Shown here one piece after another: positions 47,161-57,712 of a DNA stretch of 64,000 nucleotides. The DNA comes from Raillietiella orientalis (lineage: Eukaryota). The notes beneath the pieces are model-generated. The model was not told the origin of the DNA, did not search any database, and saw nothing but the letters and a program-made list of their open reading frames with translations. The stretch is taken from positions 186,001 to 250,000 of the forward strand of contig JAYWIR010000032.1 of the NCBI GenBank assembly GCA_036172245.1, read 5' to 3'. Both the position numbers and the translations under genes were made by a program. The stretch's first letter is position 1. The number at the start of each line of letters is the position of its first letter.

Positions 47161-50100
47161 TTTCTCACCCGGTCACGCCGGGGCGTTTATTGCATATAAC
47201 ATAACCAAAAAAACCAATTATACAAAATAAACCAGTTGGGAACCAAACTCCCAGCCGACGACTGAACAAGAATGAAGAGAATATTGCTGGCACGCAGGCC
47301 AGAGTAACAGTTTTGCGAACGGTGTGGGGGGGAGAGGAACACAAAGAAACCAAAATAAAATAAAAACAATGAATAAGGAGGACGGGATAAGGGTCTTCAG
47401 TATCGCTCTGGAAGACACGGGGATAAAAGCATGGGCACCGGAACTTCTACCGAGCGAACGGGGATGGGGTATGGTTGGGCGAGGGGTCGCAGGGGTCGCA
47501 GGATTACGCCGTTCTCAAAGGTGTGTAAACCGGCGATGTATGCCGGTGATGTCCTCATTCACCTTGTCACGAAGATGAGACCACCTTGAAGCCTTCTCCA
47601 TGAATTGAGCTGCAAGCAGGTGAGCCTCCCTTCGCTGCGCTGACAACTCCAGGGCGTAGCGGGCCTTCACGATGGCGCGAACGCAACACATGATTGCGAC
47701 AATCGCGCCAACCGAAAGTCCATTTCTGCTGAAGAAGCGCCGCAGCACATCAATGGCAGTGCCTCCTTGTGGCATGATGTCCGAGGTGAGCCTTCGCCAC
47801 AGTTCCCGGAGGTCACCGCAGTCCAGCAAAAGGTGCTGAAAAGACTCGATCTCTCCGCACCTTAAACAGTTTGGCAAAGCAGCTCCCCCGGAGACGATGC
47901 TTCGCTGCCTATTACAGTGTAATGCACAATGTAAAAAAAGCAGCACATCTTGTTTCCACTTTAGAAGGAACACGGAGCTGTCCAAACCAACGGGGGGAAC
48001 CACTATCTTTCCGGGGGGCACACTTAAATGTTCGCTCCACCGAAGCAGGCCCTTCGCCCGATTCCGAGGAGTGGCGGCTTGCACCAGCTCCTTTGTCGTC
48101 CAGCAGCCGAGGAGCTTACTGACTCCCGCTATTTTGCAGGAGAACTCCCATTCCGCGGGTAGGCAGCCGTCGTTGCTTGCCCTGAGGGCAGACAGCCTTC
48201 GGCGAGTGGTATGGCGGCCAGACGATCCGACAACTTCTTGTCCTGCATGACTTCGTCCATTTGATGACTGAGGAGAAGTCGCAGGCGACGAAGGTCTTCC
48301 GGGCGCGTTCCTTCGGAAGCTGCCCACGATGAAAAAGATTCCTGCCGCTATGCATTAATGTTCATGGGACGGCAGGAGATCCAGCTTTGGGCTTCCAGCA
48401 GTGTGGACAGCTGCCTCAGCGGGAAGCGAAACCCTATTCTGGTGTGCCGAAAGTGGGGTAGCAACGAAAGCAGTCCCTCGCTTCCCGTGCAGCGCCTCAG
48501 TATAAGTCGTGTGGGTAAGCACCACGGCGTACACCACAGCTAGGCACAGAGCCGCAGCATGCGAAACTGCACCTGCAGTTCGATGCTGTTTAAGTCGAGG
48601 ATGCCCAAGCCTGCATCCTGACGAGGCGTCACCAAGTCTTTAAGTCTAACACGGGATCTTGCAGCGCCCCACAACGCTTTGCGTAGAAGGCGCTGCGTCC
48701 AGACTTTGACTTCCTGGGGGGGTTAACAAACAAAAAATAGGGGGCGGAGGAGGGGGCCAACAAAGGTGTTCCAGATGCAGGCGCGTTCCGGCAAGACGAA
48801 CTCGCCTCCTGAAAACGGGCCAAGTGCACGCTCTGCCTTCCGAAGGCAGTCCGACCACGCTTCTGAGATGCAGAAGTCGCCCAACGGCACGCCAATTCAC
48901 CTGAGGTACCTGCCCGTGGGGATCCCCAGGCTAATCCAGTCGGACTGCCCCTCCCACGTCTCACCCACCGGAACAACCATACACTTACTCCTGTTAACGC
49001 TCACGCCCGCACCGCGACGAATCAACTCAAAGATGTCTTCAAGCGATGTCGCCGAAGTGGACATGGGCAACAGGAGGAACAGGTCGTCGGTATGGGCTGC
49101 CAAGGCCGGCGTACCTGGACAGGAGCACGGCTGGTTGGCTAGCGTCAGCCTGTAAGCCTCCAGCACCAATTCAAAATAGATGCTAAAAAGCAGCGGGCTT
49201 AAGCTTTCAGACTGCCTAATTCCTCGTCGTACCGGCACACCGTATACGCGACAGCCACTGAAAACAATGAATGTAATCGCGTGGCGCCAGCAGGAGCGCA
49301 AGTACGCCAACAGGGACGCCGGGAGGCCAAGACGTTCCAAAAGCTCAGGAAGAAGCTTTTGGTTCACGCAATCGAAAGCTCTATCCAAATCGACTGCAAC
49401 CGCCAAGGCTCCCGGTGTCTCTCTTTGCGTTGCGCGCCTGCTTCGGTGAGAGACCGAAGGCGTCGCTTTCGCGCGACGATCCAGCGCCACACGATGCTGC
49501 AATTGCAGCCATGTGCGGATGAACAAGAGATTCGCGTCCATGGACCGCCCAGGAACAGTGTACGTGTGCTCCGGGCTTACCAGGGATTCCGCGATTCATC
49601 CATCCGCGGCATTCAACGTTTCGAGATCAACTTGACGTCCAAATTCACTAATGTGATCGGACGCCACTTGTTCAGTTGGCGCAAATCTCCGCCTTTCGGC
49701 GGTAGACGCACCTTCGCTGAGCGGAACGAGGCAAGGACATCGCCCGAGTCTCGCATCAGCGGCGATAGTTGGAGCACCAGGGGGATGAGGTCCGCCGCAA
49801 AACACTGGAAGAATTCCGCAGGGAGCTTGTCTTTGCCTGGCGCTTTTCGTCTCTTTAGCCCCGAGATGGCCGAGGAAATTTCCTCTGCCGTGAAGGGCTT
49901 ATCAAGACGTGCGCGTTCCTCCTCGTCTACAACAGGTGCATCAATCGGCAGAAGCAGCCGGGAGAGGCTGAGTTCCGTCGGTGCCTCTCCATACAGAGAA
50001 GAGTAATAGCGACTGACTTACCGTCGCACGTCGCCTGGAGCCGAGCATTCGTGGTCCTGGTAGTCTCGCAGAACTGTCGCCCGTGACTGCCAGACCTGGC

Positions 50101-50281
50101 GCTCGGCCTTGGCCTTTTGCTCGGATACTCGACCAATGTCCGCGCGATTGGAAAAGTAGTGGGCCTGCAGCAAATCTCTGCTGTTGGCTACGCTTTCTCC
50201 GAAGCCGCGCGGAAGCTGGTGCAAAAGAACCCGGCAGCAGAACTTGCGGACCGATCTTTTCAGATCGTCCCAGTCCTCGAG
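47161..50281 (-). mobile_element. Element V: 3' part of family-1 LINE (H/K-like)
   Basis: Begins at LEDWDDLK, DLDRAFD, HTDD, CLRC...HLLLDC; 3' end AATAAA + CCCGG-CGTGA-CCGGG at 47161-47191. Confidence 0.9.
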
Positions 50282-53200
50282 CTCGAGCATACGGGTTTTT
50301 CTTTCGCTCTTGAGCGTTTATTTTTTTATTTTTTTTCTTGGCCTGCCAGTGGATTCGTTGGTGGCTAGGCAGCAATGCCTGGGACCACCACCAATGTTAA
50401 GGAGGGGGCGACTTCTATGTTCCCTCCTGAATCAATGGATGTTCGGTCAACCGACTTAACAGAAGCGTCTCCCTCGCTAGGGAGAAGCTGGAGTTCCGTG
50501 GCTGCGGCGCCAATGCAAGCGGCTGCGGTAGAGTTGAAAGCCTAGTTGGAGGAGGGGCACAATCCCCCTCTACACTACAAGGTAGGCAACCTTTACTCCT
50601 TTGAGAGTGCACGCGCTTTCTCGAAAGTACTCCCTCAAAGTACCACAGGAGGAGCTCTTGGAGATGACCATCAGGAGTGGTGGACAGTACGTTGAGGTGA
50701 TTTGCAAAGAAGCAAGTCTTGCCCAGCGTCTGCTCCGTACACCTGTTCCTTTAGGCAATTGCCGGCTCCTCTTCATCACGGAGGATAGATCTATCGTGAT
50801 CCACCTCCAAGGAATTACCTTCCGGATAGATGAAGAGGCTGTCCGAAAGGAACTAGTTAAATTTGGAACTGTCCACGCTTTGTGGAAAAGGCCGACTCCG
50901 TTTTGGGAGTACGATCTCCTGAATTGCGGTATGGCTTCCGCGCGCATGACCGTCCGCGAGGGTTGCTCCCTACCTAACAAGCTGGAGGTCAACGGCGAAC
51001 CCGTTGACATCTCGAATGTCGGTAAGCCGCCTTTCTGCGGGCATTGCAGCACTTCAGGTCACCTGAAAAAAAGGTGCCGTCACTTGCAGTGCAAGCAATG
51101 CAAGCAACCCGGGCACACTCTTTCAGTGTGCCCGCAAAATGAACTCCGCGTCGCATCCGCACGGAATGCGAAGAAGCGCGCGGCGAGAAAAAGACGAGTT
51201 CAGGCAGCCCGAGAGAGAGCCGCCGCTTGAAACACAACTATCGTGCTCCAGGTGAAGGTCAGCTCCGAGATCATGGAAAACTCGGACAAGGTCGAGGAGA
51301 ACGGCCCGGAACCTGGATGGCAGGTAGTAAAATCCAAGAGGCAGCAAAGCCTCAAGGAAGAAAAAAAAAATGTCGCCAAACGCAGCGAGAATTTGCCGCG
51401 TCGCGAAAAGATCAAACGCTGATCTGTCGTCATCAAGCGCATTCCTGCGTTCGAACAGAGCGGCAAAATTGCACTCGCCGCTGCCTACTTTCACCCTCCA
51501 GCAAATTAATCCCGGAGGCTATCGACCCGGCGGTAACGTCCGTCGTCGAACGCATGCTCGACGACGTCGCCTTTGAGCGAGCGCCGGAGGAGCTCGCTGC
51601 GTCCTTGCAGCGTCCCCTGAAATCCGCGAAAAAGCCTTAAAGCGTCCGACGTCGATCAAGAAGTCGGAGATTACGAACTCTGACGCGGAGGCGGAAAACA
51701 CAGCCTCCGGCATCGCGGCCTCCCGCCCGAAGGCCAATCGCACGAAGAAGGCTACCCGCAAAATTATCCCGTCCGTGGAAAAGGGAGAGATAATTGAGGG
51801 AAACGAGCGTGCCAATAAAGTGGGGAACTCCGGGGACTCTCCTCGAGAGGTAACCTCACGCTGCGACCCCGGAGGGAGGGAAAGGGTAGAGTCTGTGCCT
51901 TAGGTGCTCCAAGTGCCTGAGATTGCCGCAGTCCCCTTACTCGTCCCTCCTACCTGTCCGTTGACAGGTGCTGCAACGGCACGTTCCCAGCCTTAATGCC
52001 GAAAATCGCCTCTTGCCGCCGTCTGCGAATTGCCTGTTGGAACGTCAACGGGCTAAGCGACGACGGCAAGAGACGAGACGTGGCCTCCACCCTGTCATCG
52101 TTCGACCTGGTGCTGCTCCAAGAGATCCACGTGATCTCCGCAGACCAAGCAACGGAGATCGAGCGTATCTCGGGTGGACGGCTGATGTTGCGTAGCGGCA
52201 CCGTTGAATCTTGCGGTGTCGCGTTTTTGCTTCGGCCAGCTGTCGAGGTCGTGGCAAACGGCGTACGGTTCGATAGTGCCGGTCGCGTCGGGCAGTTGAC
52301 CATCAGGTGGTCCGACTCCATCGTTCTGGTCATTACGAACGTGTACGCCCCAAGCGGCAGCGACGCGCTAAGGGCAAAGGCAAGGAGAGATTACTTCCTT
52401 ACCCTGAGGCGCGAATATCTGGACGAAGCGGGAGTGCGCAAAGCGAACCTAATCGCAGGTGACTTTAACCTGCGACTGCTGTCAGGTGCATCTGACACAC
52501 TTCGGGACCGCGTGAACGAGCTGTGCGCAGAGATGCAGACGCGCAACTTGCTCGCGGGAGATCCGGAAATGGCCGACAGCATTGATCACGTGTTTCTTCA
52601 CCAGCACCTATGCTCACGCGTGGGCAGGCGCGGCAAGTTACCGTCGGAACTTTCGGAGCATGACACGATCGTACTCGAGGTGCGCCCACGCGACAGGGTT
52701 CCGCCGTCATCTGCGTGGCGCTTACCGGGGGACTGGCTGAAACTGCCGGAAGTCGCGGAGCATCTTCGCGGATTCATACGAGGTTTCAGCTTGCAGACGC
52801 TTCAGAACTGGTACCGCTTCAAGCGCTCGGTCCGGAATTTTTCGGACGAGTCCCCTATGAATCTCCTGCCTGCCGGATTTGGTGAAAGCGTGCGTAATGA
52901 GAGATGGGAATTACAATCTCGATGTTACGCGCGAACACTAGACGTACGCAGGCTAGCCAAATACCATGCGGGAACCGAGAGGCAGGCGTGGCAATCCGGG
53001 TCGGCCAGCTTACTGGACGACCAGGGTTCGGAGTACTCGGCCCCCGCCCAGTCAAAAGGCTTATTAAAAAAATTCTACTCCTCTCTGTACGCGTGCTCCA
53101 CCGGAACGAGATGTCTTGCGATTTCTTCTTCCAAAAGGCGCTCCGGCGATCGGGGAGGAAGATAGAAAGACCCTCGACGAGCCTTTCACGATGGGCGAGA

Positions 53201-55788
53201 TCATCTCGGCCATCGGAAAGCTCAAGAGGCGGAAGGCTCCAGGGCAGGACGGCCTGCCAGCGGAATTTTTTTAATGTTTCGCGGCAGAGCTAACTCCTCT
53301 GGTGAAGAAACTCACCTTGCTGATCCGCGAAACGGGCGACGTCCACGCCTCGTTTCGTTCGGCAAAGGTGCGTCTCCTGCCTAAGGGTGGAGACCTTCGG
53401 AGCATGAGCAACTGCGGCCGATTACCGTGTTGAACGCGGACGCCAAGTTGCTGGCAAAATTGTGGGCTGAACGCCTGGGGCGGTTAGCGGAAAGCTTCAT
53501 TAGCCCGGAGCAGACATATGCTGTTCCCGGGCGGAGCATGGATGCCAACCTGTTCCTCGCCAGCACATTTTTCGCGCTCCAACAGGAAAGGGTCAGGATG
53601 GGCAACCGGCCTTCCGGAATGTCCGCCGCTAGGAAACAGGTTGGTTGGGGGGAGGGCGCCCTCGCAGTCGCAGTCGATTTGCATAAAGCATTCGACTGTT
53701 TCGACCAGAGGTTCCTCCTGGAGCTCCTGGAACGCTTGGGCTTCCCGGTCTCTTTGCTGACCTACTTGCGATCCTGCTGGCGCGACGCGCTCATCCAGAT
53801 CTTTTTCAGCGGACACACCGTGCACGACGTACCAATGCGACGCGGCATACGGCAGGGAGACATCCTCAGTCCCTTGCTCTTCAGTACCTACTTCGAGTTG
53901 GTACTGAGAGCGTACAGGGACACTCTAGCGCACCTGCCGCGCGACTATCCCGGTACGCCCGCGGTGTCAGCATATGCGGACGACCTACTGCTGCTGCTTC
54001 CTATGTCCACGTCGGCATCGGCGGTCGAGGAGTTCTTCGATCTGCTAAGTCGGAGAACCCGGTTTGAGGTGAACAGGGCGAAGTCGTCCGTCATGCCAAT
54101 CGGTGCGGCGTGGGCAGGGCAGCCGGACTGGGTGCGTTTGTAGGTCCCCACGGTACGGTACTTCAAGTACCTCGGTGTACCGGTAGGTGATTATCTCCCT
54201 TCGGATGCATGGTCCAGCTGCCATCAGAAGGTAGAGACGGCGATCGGTCCGTTCCAAGGCCGCAGGTTTTTCCTGCCGGAACGGGCCGCGGTGTGGAACG
54301 CATTCGCGGCCCTTCTCCTCTGTTCCCTGCTTTTTGTTTGTCCCCCCACCACAGAAAATAAAAAGCGGACGAAGGACCTCCTAAGGATTGCCCTTTGGGG
54401 TAATGGGAGGGCCCGAGTCCGGCTTGAAGACTTGAGCGCTCCCCGTCAAGACGGCGGTCTCGGCCTCCTGACGCTAGAGCGGCTTGAGCTTTAGCTCTAG
54501 TTTCGGTTACTCGCCCTAGTGGCGAAACATTGGAGTAGCAGTTGCTGCGAGCCCGCACGTCTCCTCGTCGAACAGGCTACAGGCAAGGTGGGACTGTCAT
54601 CCTTCCTTGCGCTCCGTCAACGCCGCCAAGTCGGTCACTGCGGGTTGCACCTACGAAGAGTCGCTGACCTGATGTGGAAGAACGCAGGATGGTTCTGCTG
54701 TCGCCCCGTTAACGGACCTGCACGACTGCAGGAAACGGTTCAGACGTGGGCGAGGAGAACCAGCAACGCAACCAAGAAGGGCAGAGACAATTCTTCGCCC
54801 GTAATGACCACCTGACGCTCCGGGAGGTCCTGAAGAACCCCCCAAAACGAGCGTGGGCAAGAAAAACTTCCCTCGCTGCAATGCTGTTTCCGCTCGCGAA
54901 ACATTTAAACGGCAACACTGCTGCGAAATGGGATGTTTTCGTCAAAATCTTTGGTACGGAGAAAAAGATCGGGGAATGGAAAATGGCAATTCTCTGCGAT
55001 ACCGCGACCCGGACTATCACCTTTATTGGAGTATTGCGCTGGAGCGAGCTGCTAAATGTTCCGCATGAACAATTAAAGTGGTCCCCGGTGCTGATGAACG
55101 CCTCCACCCTTCCCTTCAAATGGCAGGAGACGGCGCTATTGTTGCTGCATTGGAGACTCCCCTGCAACGCCGCCCGACACCATTGGACCTTGGAAACAGT
55201 GAGCTCTAATTGTGCGAGGTGTGGAGCACGGCAGTCCCTCACTCACGTCTTTTTGGATTGTGTGGCTCTTCGGCCCCTTGGGTTCCGCTTCGCCGCGGCC
55301 ATCGGAATCCCTTTCGGCATTTCCAGGGACGTTCTGAAAGCCCTATTCGTTGCCGACGCCCTTCGGCCGGCGGCCTCGTTAGCAGCCCTGTGCTGCTTTC
55401 GCGGGATCGTCGCCGCCTGGAGAAAGGCTACGGGAGGATCACACGACCAGGATGCCATCCAGCCAGGCTCACAGTTCCTGAGGAGGGCGTCCCGATGGCC
55501 ATACCTGGATCCAGGAATACAGAAGAAGCTTGCCGGCATCAAGCAAAGGATGCAACGGCCCCACCAGCAACTGTGATTCCTTCCCTTACCCTCCCAACTT
55601 TCCTTTTCTTTTTTGTTTTGTTTTTTGTTTTTTCCTTCTACCCCCTGCTGCCGTGGTAACCGTACCGGTATGCGAAGCGGTGACCCGGCAAGCTCCGAAT
55701 TTCTTGGTGGCTGGTGCAATTGTCCAGCTACGGCACGTCTTTGTAAATGTCCATTGCAATAAACGCCCTGGAGAAATCCGGGTGAAAA
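50282..55788 (+). mobile_element. Element W: full-length, disrupted family-1 LINE (ORF1 ~50375-51996, ORF2 51996-55576)
   Basis: Degenerate 5' motif, knuckles CGHC...C and CKQC...C, complete EN, RT with YADD, Zn finger, AATAAA 55758-55763 with hairpin. Confidence 0.93.
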
Positions 55789-55804
55789 TCGAACGCCTCA
55801 TGCG

Positions 55805-57712
55805 CTCGAAGTCGGATATGTTTTCTCGGTGCTTCTCGTGCCAAGAAGTCTCCCCTGTGCAAGCGTCGTGCAGTTCGGTTGTCGATCAGGCAGCGATGCC
55901 TGACGCGACGACCAGGGATGGCCAGCAGGCAGCGGCAACGCCAACCGCAGTGGCGATGGAGATCCAGGGGGCGGCGGCGACGTTGCTCTCAGAAGCGGAG
56001 GTGGGGGCATCCTCCCCCACAGAATCGGTCCCCGCTTCAGCGCGGGCGTGGAGCACCGTTGTGTCGGCGCCAACGCCTGCAGCCGCGGCGGAATTGTCGG
56101 CCTATGTGGAGAAGGGGGATAACCCGTCATTGTTCTACAAGGTAGGCAATCTATATTCTTTAGAGAGCGCGCGCGCCTTTTCGAAGGGAATGCGCGCTCT
56201 CGATGTGAAAAAGGAGGAGCTCAGCGCTATGACCATCCGCATCGGGGGTCAGGACGTTGAGGTCATCTGCAAAGAAGAATAGCTGGCCCAACGACTGCTT
56301 AAAACCCCCGTTGTGTTGGAAACGCGCAGGCTCCTCCCTATTACGGCGGACCGCAGCATGGTGTTGCACCTTTTAGGCGTTACCGCGCTAATGCGCAAAG
56401 AACAGGTTCGCGCCGCTCTAGAACAGTTTGAAAGGGTCCACGCGCACAGGACGAAAGTTAGTCCCTTTGAGGACTACACGAGGCTGCAACACGGCCTCAC
56501 GGCTACGCGCGATGCGCGCGTGACCGTTTCGGAGCACTCCACTCTTCCCCACAAACTAATGGTCGAAGGCGAAACCGTCGACCTGTGGTATGTGGGGAAG
56601 CCGAAATACTGCGGCTTCTGCAATACGTCAAACCACCTCAAAAAGAGGTGTCCCAATGTGCAGTGTCAAGTATGCGGAACCATGAGACACACAAGGGAGG
56701 TGTGCCCTAAAGGAGTAGTGCGGGTGGTTTCCAACAGAAAGCGTAAAAAGCGCGCCCGGCTTCTGCAGAAAAGGCTGGCGGCGAAAGCTGCCGCGAAGGC
56801 TGTGATACCCGCCCCCAAGACCCGGGCTGCACCCGAGACCCCGGCGACCAACGCCGAAAAAGTTGAGGGGGCCGGATAGGAGACTGGGTGGCAAGTGGCA
56901 ACGGCCAAAAAATCAAAGAAGCAGAAGAGGATGGAAAAACAAATCGCCTACCAACAGAAGAAGATAGAGCAGGGTAGCGCGATAATTAAAGAGTGCAGCG
57001 TTGTCGTCGAACGCGTTCCCGATGTTGCCGAATGCTGCCAGAAAGAACTCGCCGCTACCGACGACCTTCCCTCTGTTGACTCTGTCTACAGCGAGGGGAG
57101 CGATCCAGCGGCGGCGTCCGTCATCGACACCACCATCGATGACGTAGCCTTCGCGCGAGCCGCGGAGTAGCCGGCTGCCTCGTTGCAGCCAGAACCCTGA
57201 GAGGATGGCAAGAAGGCCGTAATTCGTCCGGCCTCCCCTCAGGAGTACTCCACTTCCGACCCAGAACTGGAGGTTGGAAGCGCAGCCTTTGTTTCCACGG
57301 CACCTTGCAAGAAGGCTGGACGTAAGCCCACAAAGCCGAGGAAGCTCGTCTCCTCCGTCAAAGGGAAAGAGATGCCTACCGCAAGCGAGTGTGCTTTGAG
57401 CGTGGGAAACTTGCGGGACCCGTTGCCCTAGAGACTCCCACGCGCGGACACGGAGGGGATGGAGTGAGTAGAAGCCGAACAGGTGCCGCAGGTGCCTGAG
57501 AAGGCTAAAACACCCATGGACATCATGTTCGCCTCGCAAGAGGCGGGCTTCCCCACACCTTAATCTTCCCAGCAGTAATGCCGGGAATCTCTTCCCACCA
57601 TCGTTTGCACATCGCCGTTTAGAACGTGAACGGCATGACAGACACCGGCAGGAGAAGAGACATAGCCGCCCTTCTGAAGTCCTACGACCTTGTGCTGCTG
57701 CAGGAGATTCAC
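55805..57712 (+). mobile_element. Element X: close copy of U (5' end, ORF1, EN start)
   Basis: 5' end CTCGAAGTCGGATATGTTTT; ORF1 near-identical to U, including stops; TAATG at 57576-57580. Confidence 0.9.
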
